DNA from: Promethearchaeia archaeon
Lineage (GTDB): Archaea; Asgardarchaeota; Lokiarchaeia; Sigyniarchaeales; SOKP01
Assembly (NCBI GenBank): GCA_029856045.1
Contig: JAHQWG010000028.1
Coordinates: 256,001 to 320,000 of the forward strand
Reading direction: 5' to 3'
DNA: 64,000 nt
Each line of letters begins with the position of its first letter. The first letter of the stretch is position 1. The notes under the pieces were generated by a model. It had not been told where the DNA came from, made no database searches, and was given only the letters and a program-made list of their open reading frames with translations. Positions 1 through 10,406 of this stretch are shown here, in pieces. A program made the translations under genes and the position numbers.

Positions 1-56
1 TTATTGACTTTTTCAAAAATATTTATTTCTTTAGTGATTGTCATAAATTTTACCTC

Positions 57-479
57 TTATCTGGTCTTCTTATTCAATTCAAAATAATTGGTATTAGGTT
101 CTGCTGCAACCATTTGCATAGAAACCATAAAAATGTTATAAAATTTAACCAATAAATCACTATCATTACCTAACCCTTCCATCTCCATTAAACCATTTTC
201 CATACCAAAAATAGGATTTTCCCTACCATAAGCAAAATCTAGCATAGTTTGTAAGTTAAGCTTTACTTTCATATCTGCTTTATCAGATTCTCCCATCTCG
301 AACTTTATATCATTACCTTCAAAAATGACAGTTAATGGATAAAATGGTTCTATATGAATGACCACTTTCTTATTCCAATTAGTTACAAGTTTAACAAATT
401 CCCTATCATCTTTTCTGTAGCTAAAAATGTTATGAAGCGATATCGAAATTAAATCCTCGGGTTTTTGTATAGAAATCAT
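57..479 (-). CDS. SCP2 (sterol carrier)-like lipid-binding protein
   Basis: 140 aa. The pattern 'ADMKVKLNLQTMLDFAYGRENPIFGMENGLMEMEG' resembles the SCP2 C-terminal half. Confidence 0.55.
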   Translation of the reverse strand: MISIQKPEDLISISLHNIFSYRKDDREFVKLVTNWNKKVVIHIEPFYPLTVIFEGNDIKFEMGESDKADMKVKLNLQTMLDFAYGRENPIFGMENGLMEMEGLGNDSDLLVKFYNIFMVSMQMVAAEPNTNYFELNKKTR

Positions 480-563
480 TTTTTAATCACATTAGTTTTG
501 GAAAATATTATTTATGTTATTATTTGATATTAGTTATAATTAATTTTTATTTTTATTAAGTAT

Positions 564-1343
564 TTGAAAAGTGAAATAAAAATAGAATACTTGCAAAATC
601 TAAGGAAAATCATTGAAGATTTTAAAGAAAATAATGAAAATATTAAAATTTATAAAGCTCCTCAAAATATATCAGAATATTTGATAAACATAGGAATAGA
701 TGTTAAACTAGACACATATAAAGAGATTATTTTAGAGGAGGAAACTCAGATAGAATTAGGAGGTATTAATAAATACTCTACTTCTGTAATTTTTCCATTA
801 TCCAATAAAAATAACATTCAAAATGGACAAATAACATTAATTGGCCCGGAAATTCAAGAAATCCGAGAAAATAATATCGATTTTGGTCAAATAATAATTA
901 TTGGAGGAAAAAAAATATCAGAATCTCACTACAATGATTTCCAGAGATTGCAGTTTATTTCAGATGGAATACAAGGTTTCGTGATTCGCTCAATTCCTCG
1001 AAGATTTTGGTGTAGAATAAGTAAAGATGCGATTAAAAAAGGTTTTTCATTTAATTTATTAGGAAATTCAATTATATATCTATTCAAAAAACAATTTCCG
1101 GAGTTAATAGAAGCCATAGAAATAATTTTTATAAGCGCTAGTGAGCTAAATATCAAAAAATTTGAAGAAGTTATTTCAAAAATTAGAGAAATATATAAAA
1201 GAAATTGGGCTAAAAAAATTGAAGAATGGAAAGAACGTGTAGATTGTAATTATGATTGGGTCTGTGATGTGTGTCCTTATAACGAAACATGTTATAATAT
1301 TTCAGATATATATGAACTAAGAAAAAATATTGAATTTGATTAA
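564..1343 (+). CDS. Truncated acetyl-CoA synthase beta (CdhC)-like protein with C-terminal 4-Cys cluster
   Basis: 'IELGG', 'GQITLIGPEI' and 'FWCRISKDAIKKGFSF' resemble the ACS beta middle domain. Ends in CxxxxxCxxCxxxxxC. Directly upstream of cooC. Confidence 0.65.
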   Translation: MKSEIKIEYLQNLRKIIEDFKENNENIKIYKAPQNISEYLINIGIDVKLDTYKEIILEEETQIELGGINKYSTSVIFPLSNKNNIQNGQITLIGPEIQEIRENNIDFGQIIIIGGKKISESHYNDFQRLQFISDGIQGFVIRSIPRRFWCRISKDAIKKGFSFNLLGNSIIYLFKKQFPELIEAIEIIFISASELNIKKFEEVISKIREIYKRNWAKKIEEWKERVDCNYDWVCDVCPYNETCYNISDIYELRKNIEFD

Positions 1344-1357
1344 TTATAATCATTATT

Positions 1358-2158
1358 ATGAGCCAAAAAAAGCCTTATATTGTAGCAGTTATAGGAAAAG
1401 GTGGTTCAGGAAAATCAGTATTTTGTGCTATTTCAATAATGATAATTGCTAATATGAAAAAATTTAAATTATTTGCTGTTGATGCAGACCCAACTCATTC
1501 TCATTTATCTGATCTTCTTGATGTGAAAATTGATAAAAGTTTAGAAGCAATCAGGAAGGAAATTATTAAAACTGCAGCACAAGGAAGAGAATCTGGAAAA
1601 ATAAAATTGGCAGAAGACATAGATTATAAAGTTTATAATGCAATCGTTGAAAATAAAGATTTCTCCTTATTAGCTGTAGGACTGCCCGAAGGTCCTGGTT
1701 GTTTTTGTCCAGCAAATAGTTTACTGAAAAAAGTAATATCTTCAATATCTTTGGATTTTGATATAGTTCTAATTGATTGTGAAGCCGGTTTGGAGCAAAT
1801 AAGTAGAGAAGTAATCAGCAATGTGGACACAATAGTAATAATATCAGACATTTCAGTTAGGAGTATAGAAACAGCTAAAACCCTACTCCAAAACTCTAAA
1901 AAATTTACAAAATATAAACATATCGGGATTGTCGTTAATAGAGTTCGAGGAGATATATCTTATCTAAGAAAAAAAATTAAAGATATGAATTTACCTATTT
2001 TTGGAGAAATCCCTGAAGATGATAATGTTATAAAACTTGATATTGAAGGCAAATCTATAAGATATTTATCACAAGCCGCACCAATATATAAAAATATTGA
2101 AAAAATTATACAGAAAGTTTTAGGTTTCAGTGTATCATTAGAAGATTTAAAGATATAA
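1358..2158 (+). CDS. cooC: CooC/AcsF-type nickel-insertion ATPase
   Basis: Deviant Walker A GKGGSGKS, DADP, GPGCFC (CxC metal motif), DCEAGLEQ. Confidence 0.85.
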   Translation: MSQKKPYIVAVIGKGGSGKSVFCAISIMIIANMKKFKLFAVDADPTHSHLSDLLDVKIDKSLEAIRKEIIKTAAQGRESGKIKLAEDIDYKVYNAIVENKDFSLLAVGLPEGPGCFCPANSLLKKVISSISLDFDIVLIDCEAGLEQISREVISNVDTIVIISDISVRSIETAKTLLQNSKKFTKYKHIGIVVNRVRGDISYLRKKIKDMNLPIFGEIPEDDNVIKLDIEGKSIRYLSQAAPIYKNIEKIIQKVLGFSVSLEDLKI

Positions 2159-2183
2159 TAAAAAAAAAATAAAAAGTTATATT

Positions 2184-3584
2184 TCAGACACTTACTTGTT
2201 TTTCTAATTTTTCTTTATGTAATTTATCAGATTCCAATTTTATCTGTTCATATTTTTCCTTATTAATTGGAAATCGACTCATTGATACGATTCCAATGCA
2301 TAAGGCAATCGCTGGGAAAATAAATATCAAACTTCGAAGACCAAAAATAGTAAAATCTGTAACTTCTTCAGGCTTAAAAACTGTCCAACCAACATTAGTA
2401 AAAACTATACTAATTGTAAGAAATATTAAAATTGTTGATAATTTTGTTATCAAGGCATTTATTCCGTAATAACCCCCTTCTCGTCTTATTCCCGTAGTTA
2501 ATTCATCCTCATCAATGACCGTAGCTAAAACGAGATCCACATATAATAAATCTCCTGCAAGACCTATTCCAACAATAAAAAACGCTATAAAGCCAGTAAT
2601 AACATCAGAAATGAACATGAATGGAAGAAGTGTGATAATAAACGTAGCCATTGACATCATTAGACCTTTTTTTACTCCAACCTTAACAACTACCCAACGC
2701 CAAAAAAATACAAATATAGCTGCAGAAATAAATGTTACTCCTAATAAAAGACCTAATATTGTTGAATTTGTTTCCTTCAATACAAATTCACCATAGAGTG
2801 GAACAATGGTAGGAAGCATTCCTATAACATACCAATGTCCAAGATTTGCAATAATAAAAGTTCTAAATCCTTTGTTCTTTATTGAAGCTTTTAAAGATTT
2901 CAATAATGATGGAGCTGTTTTATAATCCTCAGAAAATTCAGTTCTTTCCCGTACACCAAATTTTATTAAGATAATTCCGCCTATTGCTATGCAAATGCAC
3001 ATAAAAATCCCTGCATAACTGTATTCGGTCAAATAAACAGGATTTGCTAATTCAGGAATGAAAAATGTTGGCATTATAAAAGCAAATATTAGACCAATAA
3101 CCGTAAAAAGCTGCTTAATAGTATTAGCCTTTGCTCTATCACTTAATTTTAAAAACATTTCAGGAAATAAAGATGCATAGTTTAAATCAAACATCGTATA
3201 GAAGAATTCCCATATGATTATTATAACTAAAAAATATGTGAATTTTGTAATATCAGTTGTAAGAACTGGAGTCCACAATAAAATCATTACTATACATAAC
3301 GGGATAATGGCAGCAATAATATACGGTTTTCTTCTTCCCCATTTTGTTCTCGTGCGATCAGATAATGCACCCAATAGAGGATCATTAAATGCATTCCAAA
3401 CAGACCAAATAATAAAACCAACCGTAATATAAATTACATCTAATCCAACTACAGCATAATAAAATGTAAAAATTAAGAATGTAAACATTTGAGAGGCAAT
3501 TGTATCCGAGAATTGACCTACTCCATAGGTTGCTGCATTTCTTAATGAAAATTGCTCTTCTATTTTTTTAGTTTCTTTACTCAT
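2184..3584 (-). CDS. MFS transporter, GPH/MelB family
   Basis: About 12 TM helices, 'WNAFNDPLLGALSDRTRTKWGRRKPY' and 'TGIRREGGYYG'. Confidence 0.9.
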   Translation of the reverse strand: MSKETKKIEEQFSLRNAATYGVGQFSDTIASQMFTFLIFTFYYAVVGLDVIYITVGFIIWSVWNAFNDPLLGALSDRTRTKWGRRKPYIIAAIIPLCIVMILLWTPVLTTDITKFTYFLVIIIIWEFFYTMFDLNYASLFPEMFLKLSDRAKANTIKQLFTVIGLIFAFIMPTFFIPELANPVYLTEYSYAGIFMCICIAIGGIILIKFGVRERTEFSEDYKTAPSLLKSLKASIKNKGFRTFIIANLGHWYVIGMLPTIVPLYGEFVLKETNSTILGLLLGVTFISAAIFVFFWRWVVVKVGVKKGLMMSMATFIITLLPFMFISDVITGFIAFFIVGIGLAGDLLYVDLVLATVIDEDELTTGIRREGGYYGINALITKLSTILIFLTISIVFTNVGWTVFKPEEVTDFTIFGLRSLIFIFPAIALCIGIVSMSRFPINKEKYEQIKLESDKLHKEKLEKQVSV

Positions 3585-3730
3585 TTTTATTCATTTACTT
3601 TAAATTTGAATTTAATTATATTGAATAGATTTTCATCAACAAATTATATAATATTTTAGTTTGGGAAATATAATTTATAGTTAAATAATTCCTCTAAATA
3701 TTAAAAAGTATCAACAAACCGTTCAATTCT

Positions 3731-4714
3731 TCATTTTTTTAATGTGGTAATTGGACGGCTTTGTAATATGTATATTTTATCATTTTCTATTGCCCATTCA
3801 ATATCTTGAGGTAAATTGAATGTATTTTCAATTTTTAATCCTAAATTATGAAGTTGGCGAAGTTGTTTTTCGTTTATAGAGCAGACTGTCCTGGATTGTG
3901 GGTCTGTTTCTATCAAAATTGAATATGGACCTTCAGGATTCTTAATCGATTTTTTCTCTTTTTTACCGATAATCTTCTTTATAATTTCGAATTGATTTTT
4001 TTTAATTATAATAGTATCTGGGATTATTAAATTATCAGCAATAGTATCACCAAGCCCCCATGCGGAATTTATCAACATTTGGTTCGAATCATTATTTATT
4101 ACATTAGCTGTAAAAAAAACTCCTGATATTTGTGAATTAACCATTTGTTGAACAATAACAGCCATATAAATATCAGACAATGAAATATTTAATCCTTTTT
4201 TCCGCATTTGAAGGATGTAAAGCATTGATCGAGGGGAAAATAATGAGAGCCAGCAATTTTTTAAAGATGCCATAATATCATAAATGTTATTATTATACAA
4301 ATAGGTGTCAGCTTGTCCTGCAAAGGAAAACTTATTTGTATCTTCAATTGTTGCTGAAGATCTAACTGCGAAAGAATTTTTACTCCCAATATTTTCTTTA
4401 ATTTTATCGAATGCTACTCTGATTTCATCGATTATTTTTTTCGGAATTTTTGATTTCAATATTAAATCTCTGATTTTTATTGAGTGTTGTAGAATTTCTT
4501 TAAAATGAAACTGTTTTGATAATAATTTCATCAATTCACTGCTGTATTTAGATTCTTCAAGGAATTTTCTATAAGATTTTGTATTGATAATGAATCCGGG
4601 AGGGATCATTACTCCTATTTCTATTAATTTGATTAAATTGGATCCTTTACCTCCCAATAAATCAGTATTAGGTGTTACTTCTGAAAAAAATACAACGTAT
4701 TCCGAAAGTTTCAT
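3731..4714 (-). CDS. Stand-alone PEP/pyruvate-binding (ATP-grasp, PPDK_N) domain
   Basis: GGKGSNL, AVRSSATIED, SFAGQ, QDIEWA, LQSRPIT, followed directly by the stop. Confidence 0.9.
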   Translation of the reverse strand: MKLSEYVVFFSEVTPNTDLLGGKGSNLIKLIEIGVMIPPGFIINTKSYRKFLEESKYSSELMKLLSKQFHFKEILQHSIKIRDLILKSKIPKKIIDEIRVAFDKIKENIGSKNSFAVRSSATIEDTNKFSFAGQADTYLYNNNIYDIMASLKNCWLSLFSPRSMLYILQMRKKGLNISLSDIYMAVIVQQMVNSQISGVFFTANVINNDSNQMLINSAWGLGDTIADNLIIPDTIIIKKNQFEIIKKIIGKKEKKSIKNPEGPYSILIETDPQSRTVCSINEKQLRQLHNLGLKIENTFNLPQDIEWAIENDKIYILQSRPITTLKK

Positions 4715-4984
4715 AGATATTCTTTGAAATAGTAATAAATAAAATATATTTAATTAAATATTAAAAATTTTTATCATTTTAAAATAACTCCTTTATTATT
4801 TTTATTTAATTTAATAAAAATAGCAAACCCAAGTTTCCTAATTTGTTAATTTTTTAATTTTTAAGATATCATATAGCATATTTTTATTTGAATCTTTTAA
4901 AAAATAAAGTATTTATTAGATATTAAAAATAAAATTATAAACTGATATTTTTTCAAAATAATATTTTTAGTATAGTTGATTTAG

Positions 4985-5341
4985 ATGAAGAAAATTGGGG
5001 AAGGATTATCTTGTTCGTCCAATTCAGAAGTTGAAGGAGAATTAGTGTATATTCAATCCGTTCAGGACGTAATAAATTTATTTGATGATGCCAATGGGAA
5101 AATATGTATAGTTGAGGATTCTGGTACTACTACTCTTGGTCCAATTTTATCAGAATTAACAGGAGTATTATGCCCACTCGGTTCTGCAGGCTCACATCTC
5201 GCCATAGTTTCAAGAGAATTCGAAATACCTTGTATAATGAGTGTAGAATTTTTAATAGACGATTTATCCTCACTGACTGGGAAAAAGGGAAAAATAGTTA
5301 CGGAAAGTGAAGACAAGGGGATTATTTATTTACTTGAGTAA
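4985..5341 (+). CDS. Stand-alone PEP-utilising enzyme mobile (phospho-His swivel) domain
   Basis: GSAGSHLAIVSREFEIPCI signature with the catalytic His. Confidence 0.85.
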   Translation: MKKIGEGLSCSSNSEVEGELVYIQSVQDVINLFDDANGKICIVEDSGTTTLGPILSELTGVLCPLGSAGSHLAIVSREFEIPCIMSVEFLIDDLSSLTGKKGKIVTESEDKGIIYLLE

Positions 5342-5443
5342 TTAATAAAATTATTTTCCATTTAAATTTAAAAATATTATATTTAGAAAATGAGTTTAAG
5401 TAATTAAAATCTTAAAAATATCAAATTATAAGGTGTTGTTTAT

Positions 5444-6808
5444 ATGTTAGGTGATATTAGCGACCAAGAAGCAAATGAACTAATCGCGTTGATTTCTAAG
5501 GGCGTTGTAGAAAATATTCTAAAGCGAGGAATGGTTGAAAGTAAAATATTTCCGGTATCGCATTACATTGGCGTTGCTTGTTATATTTTATACGATCAAT
5601 CTTATCAATATAATATCTTAAAAGAAGTTGCAAGTAAGATATCGCCTGAGGAAATCGCCAGAAGATCGAAATCCTTGGGCTCATATTTAAACCAATTGGC
5701 TTTTTATTCTACGTGTATGTTGTATTTGCATGGTCGAGCTCAAGTTATTTATGATAACCTCAATAAAAAAAAAGCTGGCGAAACTAATATCGTTGTTGAG
5801 CCTGAAACGAAGAAAAAAGAAACAAAATTCATTCTTGACTTTTGGAAAAGATTGAGTCCCAATTATCTCAATGACGAGACACTAATATTGAAAAATAAAA
5901 AAATTACGTGCCTTTCCGACGATTATATTGAAAAATTAAAAGATAATATGATCCCTATAAATAATAATAAAGAGATAACCAAGCGTTTAAAGCAAACCAT
6001 CGCCCATTTAACCAACTATAGTTTCCTTTCCCGAGCCGAGTGTAGAATGAGCATATCTGAGCATGGACCATATTATTTTAAAGACAACACTGAACCTTTA
6101 ATATTCAAAGAATTCCTAGAACTACATACTGGGGATGTAATGTTTGGAATAGATATGACTGGAAATATGCCATATAAAATCACCAAGATTGCGCCGTTTT
6201 CAAATGTGATATTTGGAATGACGCTGAAAGATATGAAAAAAATCGAGTTTAATGATTGGAGCACTTTATTTGCCGATCCAACCGATTTTTCTTCAAACAT
6301 AACATCAATAGGGATTTGGACAAGAGAATTATCGCACCCAAAAGATCTTAGATATCCTGATAATTTAGGTGAATTAAAACCCCTCTCGCTTAATATCTTA
6401 GAGGAACTGTCGAAATTTGCAAAAAGTGCCATGAAAGAATTATATATTGATATATCGAAATGGAACTCTACTAAAAAATTGCTTTTTGGGAGTAACCTTT
6501 ATATTAATAGCCTCTTAAGTATGTGTGCCCAATACGCAGGTATAGAAGATAATTTTAACTGGAATTGGGCTTTTGACTATGCATCGGGTAAACCACTTAA
6601 AACTGACTTAATAGACAAAGATAGAATAAAGTTTTACATTGATAAATTAGGGAAAAAAATAAAGTCTAACCTAGATGAAACACAAGTAGAGAAATTGTAC
6701 ATTACAGCTTTAGAAAAATACGAAGGGGTACATCCCAATCTTACGCGAATGTTTAGGAGTAGAAAAGCCCAAAAAATAGACCCGTTTTATTATAATTTAC
6801 AAGATTAA
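5444..6808 (+). CDS. Hypothetical soluble protein, candidate substrate-binding subunit of the split dikinase
   Basis: 454 aa ORF with an AGGTG SD, downstream of the swivel-domain gene. Family not recognised. Confidence 0.45.
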   Translation: MLGDISDQEANELIALISKGVVENILKRGMVESKIFPVSHYIGVACYILYDQSYQYNILKEVASKISPEEIARRSKSLGSYLNQLAFYSTCMLYLHGRAQVIYDNLNKKKAGETNIVVEPETKKKETKFILDFWKRLSPNYLNDETLILKNKKITCLSDDYIEKLKDNMIPINNNKEITKRLKQTIAHLTNYSFLSRAECRMSISEHGPYYFKDNTEPLIFKEFLELHTGDVMFGIDMTGNMPYKITKIAPFSNVIFGMTLKDMKKIEFNDWSTLFADPTDFSSNITSIGIWTRELSHPKDLRYPDNLGELKPLSLNILEELSKFAKSAMKELYIDISKWNSTKKLLFGSNLYINSLLSMCAQYAGIEDNFNWNWAFDYASGKPLKTDLIDKDRIKFYIDKLGKKIKSNLDETQVEKLYITALEKYEGVHPNLTRMFRSRKAQKIDPFYYNLQD

Positions 6809-6874
6809 TTGTCAATTGTAGATTCAATAATAATAAAAAGTAAAATAAAATAGTTCAAACTTCAGTTCTTAGTA

Positions 6875-7861
6875 TTAATCCCGCGTTGTGGATAAATACT
6901 CCGAAATGCCATCACCTTCTTTTCCATTGCACGTGAATATTGCTACTTGCTCGTAAATTTCAGTTAATCCTTTCTCAGATGGAAGAGGTAAATATTGCGA
7001 AAATATTGTTTTTGATTCTATGGTTCTTTTCTTTCCATTTTCATCCGTTAAGATAAATGTTGATGAAACAGGTGTTTTTTCGTTTTCTTTCGTTTTTGTG
7101 GTCACTTCTATGTTTTCTATTCTAATATTATCAGCGCCTTTAGAATAAATTATTCCATCTTGTTTTACTTCACCAAGGGCTTCAGCTTTATAAAAATTAA
7201 TTGTCTCATCTTCAAACTGGGCAGAAACCCAATTCCATGCATCAATTCCAGCCCAATCCCTAATACCCCAGCTGTGATCACGATGACCGAGACCCTTAAT
7301 GTTTCTTGTTTCAATTATCTCCCCATTTTTCTTCAGATCTAAAGTACCTGTAGCTATCATAGGTTGCTCATAATGCATCTGAGCAAATACTTGATCTGTC
7401 TTAATTTGATCCTTCTTAAGAAAAGCTAAGGGATCTTCACCCTCAGCTGAATTAAATATTGGAAACCTTCCCTCAAATTTAATATCTAAATTAACTCTAC
7501 TATTTTTAAATTTAATTCTCCATTGTTTCATTGGTTTGATGCAATAATACTTAACTTTCGCATCGAATTCCCAATTATCAGGCATTTTTTCAAGGGGAAT
7601 TTCCTTAAAATAGGTTTTCGTCTTACCATCAATTACTAATAATAATAAAATTAGAGATTTCTTTTTATCCATGTGGTAGGATAATCTAGTAATAAGAAAA
7701 ACCCTATTTGGTCGATCAATAAAATTAAAGTACCAACTCTCGTTGTGGAATGGTGGGAATTTTCCCCAATCATGTCTATATTCATCCTTTTCGGATAATT
7801 CAAAACCTATATTAACTTGTTTTTTGAGTTTTTTCTCTTTTGTCATAATATTCCCATTCAA
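6875..7861 (-). CDS. CrtC/AttH/tocopherol-cyclase-like beta-barrel protein
   Basis: NESWYFNF, HYEQ and GHRDHSWGIRDW motifs. Confidence 0.6.
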   Translation of the reverse strand: MNGNIMTKEKKLKKQVNIGFELSEKDEYRHDWGKFPPFHNESWYFNFIDRPNRVFLITRLSYHMDKKKSLILLLLVIDGKTKTYFKEIPLEKMPDNWEFDAKVKYYCIKPMKQWRIKFKNSRVNLDIKFEGRFPIFNSAEGEDPLAFLKKDQIKTDQVFAQMHYEQPMIATGTLDLKKNGEIIETRNIKGLGHRDHSWGIRDWAGIDAWNWVSAQFEDETINFYKAEALGEVKQDGIIYSKGADNIRIENIEVTTKTKENEKTPVSSTFILTDENGKKRTIESKTIFSQYLPLPSEKGLTEIYEQVAIFTCNGKEGDGISEYLSTTRD

Positions 7862-7966
7862 AAATTTTGTCCTAATAAAAATTAATAATAAATATCTAAA
7901 ATTATTTAAAAATCTTCTTTACTCGATCTTCCATTTTTGTCCTGCCAACCATTTCTTTAACTACTT

Positions 7967-9229
7967 TTATAATAATGTTTTTGTAAACATTCTAATCTTA
8001 TCCTTCACAGTTTTAATAGAGGCAAAGCGCTTGTCACCGACATCTATATCTATAATTAATAAAGGTATTCCTAATTCATCTCGCAAGGCTTCCCTAAGAA
8101 TTTGGGGTAAAGCTCCGAACTGTTTGCAACCTAAATGAGAAGTAAATATCCCACAATCAGCTTTAAATTCTTTTGTAATATTTATAAATTCTGGAATGAA
8201 ATCATCATAAAAACCAACAGATTGCTTAATCATTGGAAAATTCATTGCTTTTCGTGCCATATCTTTAAACATTTTATCTTCCGAACTTGTATCTACAGGA
8301 TTATATAAATTGTAAGTAAAAACATCTAATAAAACTGACATCCCAATTTCTCTATCCAACCATTCACATAAAGCTAAATCAAAGAATATGGTCATATTAG
8401 GCCAGATTGAACGAATTTGTTCTTCTATGGGACTTTCTTTCTTTTTATATCTTTTTTTTGCTAGATCTAGCACATTTTCATAAAGATCTAATTTCTCTGG
8501 ACGTCCTGCCATAAATACTGCAGCAGCAGCAGATATTGGGTTTATCATACTCTCAAGTGGGCAAGGAACAGCTTTTTTTAATTCATATAATTCTAATTCA
8601 AGTTTTATTGATTGATTTTCAATTTCTAAAGATTTCTTCAGTTTATCGAAATCTGGTTCTTGACCAATTATTTTGCCAATTTCACTTAATCCTATTTTGA
8701 TTTGCTCAGCAAAAAATTCATAACTTTTCTCTTCTTGGATAAAGGGCATGTCTGTAATAACTAAAGGAATATCTTTATATTTAAAGAAAGGGTATGAGGC
8801 ATATGTATTATCGCAGGGAGCAGTTGGAGTGGTTATTACATCAAATTTAAATAGATCATCCAATACCATACCCATTACTCCCTTCTGGGAAGAACATGTA
8901 TGGTAGGGGTGTCCCCAGTTAGTAATTAAGTCATAATATTTTTCTGAACCGTTAGGAAGTAATGCCGCCAATAGATATGATGTTCCTTCAATACAAATAG
9001 GAACACAATCAAAACAATGTAAAAATTCTGCTGGACATGCAAAATGATAACCGATTATTGGCAATCCTTCTTCTGCTTTTTGAATATAGTCAATTAAGCA
9101 TTTTTCTAAATTTTTTAATCCCATTTTTAAAACTTGCATTTCATGTTCTGGAACAATTCTCCATACTAACTCATATGAATTTGAAACAACTTCTAACAAC
9201 ATTTTATAAGGGATAACTTTTTCTTTCAT
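7967..9229 (-). CDS. 2-hydroxyacyl-CoA dehydratase / benzoyl-CoA reductase-type subunit (HGD-D family)
   Basis: TCSSQKG, APCD, HLGCK, IPLLIIDIDVGDKR. Confidence 0.85.
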   Translation of the reverse strand: MKEKVIPYKMLLEVVSNSYELVWRIVPEHEMQVLKMGLKNLEKCLIDYIQKAEEGLPIIGYHFACPAEFLHCFDCVPICIEGTSYLLAALLPNGSEKYYDLITNWGHPYHTCSSQKGVMGMVLDDLFKFDVITTPTAPCDNTYASYPFFKYKDIPLVITDMPFIQEEKSYEFFAEQIKIGLSEIGKIIGQEPDFDKLKKSLEIENQSIKLELELYELKKAVPCPLESMINPISAAAAVFMAGRPEKLDLYENVLDLAKKRYKKKESPIEEQIRSIWPNMTIFFDLALCEWLDREIGMSVLLDVFTYNLYNPVDTSSEDKMFKDMARKAMNFPMIKQSVGFYDDFIPEFINITKEFKADCGIFTSHLGCKQFGALPQILREALRDELGIPLLIIDIDVGDKRFASIKTVKDKIRMFTKTLL

Positions 9230-9257
9230 TTTTTATATCCTAATTATGTTTTTACTA

Positions 9258-10406
9258 TTATTTTATCATTTCCAAAAAAGCTTCAATACGAGTTTGGAGT
9301 CGTGTTGTATCGGTTTGTACATATTCCCTATCAATATTTAATACTGGAATTTCTAACTCTTTTAGTTCATGCTCGAACAACATATTGTCACATCCATGAA
9401 GATCACAATTATTTATTCTTTGGAGTATGACACCATCAATTTTTGCTGTTTTAATCTCATCTTTTAAAAATTTTAATCTTCGCTCGTGATCATCCATCAT
9501 GCGTGGACAGGATAATTTATGATACACACGTTTTGAAATTTGTTCTAAGGGATTACTTCCAATTTGTACATCATCTAAAAAATTACGGGTTCCAAAACAC
9601 AAAAAATCTGACACAATTAACGCTCCAGAATTCTCAATCAAATTAATAAACTTTAAATCATCTATAATGCTTCCAACTAACATAATTCTTTTTCGGAGAT
9701 CTTTTATCCCTTCACTTTCTTTTAACTTATAATTAATTCGATATAATTCTTGATTAGTAATACTTTTAGGAATAGAACTATTTGCAACTGAAATCTGTAA
9801 TGCTTCAGCACCAGAAAGTTTTGGGTTTTCTAAAATTCGTAGTCTATGAATCTCTCTTAATAGTGTACGATTTTCATTATGAACCTTAATTGAATTTTCA
9901 AGGTTATTATCAGTTATATCTATATTATAGACTGTTTCTAATTCTTCCTTTAATTCTACAATTTCTTGCCAATACCAATTAAATCCTTCTTCTGATATAA
10001 TATGTGGTACAGAAAAATAAAACCTCGGAACTTTCTTTTTAAAGCCCTCTCGATTAAAAACTTTCATATTAAAAATTTCAAACATCCTACGACTATGGTC
10101 ACAGCTGTTACATATAAGGTATCCATCAAAAAAATCAAAACCACCTCGTAACGCTAAATCGAGTGATGCTCTTACAAAACTACAAGTGAATCTCACCATA
10201 TATATATCTCCAAGTTCAGTTTTATCATTTCCAGTTGCCCGTATTCTAAAAGGTAATAAATTAGCTGCATACAATAATTCTTCAGGGATGTAAGTGCAAT
10301 AATAACCAATAACTTTTTTTTTACTTGCTTGCCATTCTTTAATGTATTGATTATTAATCGAATTAGAAATATTCAGAAATGGGTCATTTTGTAGACTCAT
10401 CTTCAT
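9258..10406 (-). CDS. 2-hydroxyacyl-CoA dehydratase / benzoyl-CoA reductase-type subunit (HGD-D family)
   Basis: YCTYIPEEL, TCSF, NSCD, NNCD, TRIEAFLEM. Confidence 0.88.
   Translation of the reverse strand: MKMSLQNDPFLNISNSINNQYIKEWQASKKKVIGYYCTYIPEELLYAANLLPFRIRATGNDKTELGDIYMVRFTCSFVRASLDLALRGGFDFFDGYLICNSCDHSRRMFEIFNMKVFNREGFKKKVPRFYFSVPHIISEEGFNWYWQEIVELKEELETVYNIDITDNNLENSIKVHNENRTLLREIHRLRILENPKLSGAEALQISVANSSIPKSITNQELYRINYKLKESEGIKDLRKRIMLVGSIIDDLKFINLIENSGALIVSDFLCFGTRNFLDDVQIGSNPLEQISKRVYHKLSCPRMMDDHERRLKFLKDEIKTAKIDGVILQRINNCDLHGCDNMLFEHELKELEIPVLNIDREYVQTDTTRLQTRIEAFLEMIK

Noticed and set aside
7967-10406. Calling the HGD-D pair benzoyl-CoA reductase and the split dikinase phenylphosphate synthase (a phenol degradation pathway)
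   Set aside because: Family motifs cannot distinguish the substrates, and no carboxylase, BcrA/D or ring-cleavage genes are in the window.
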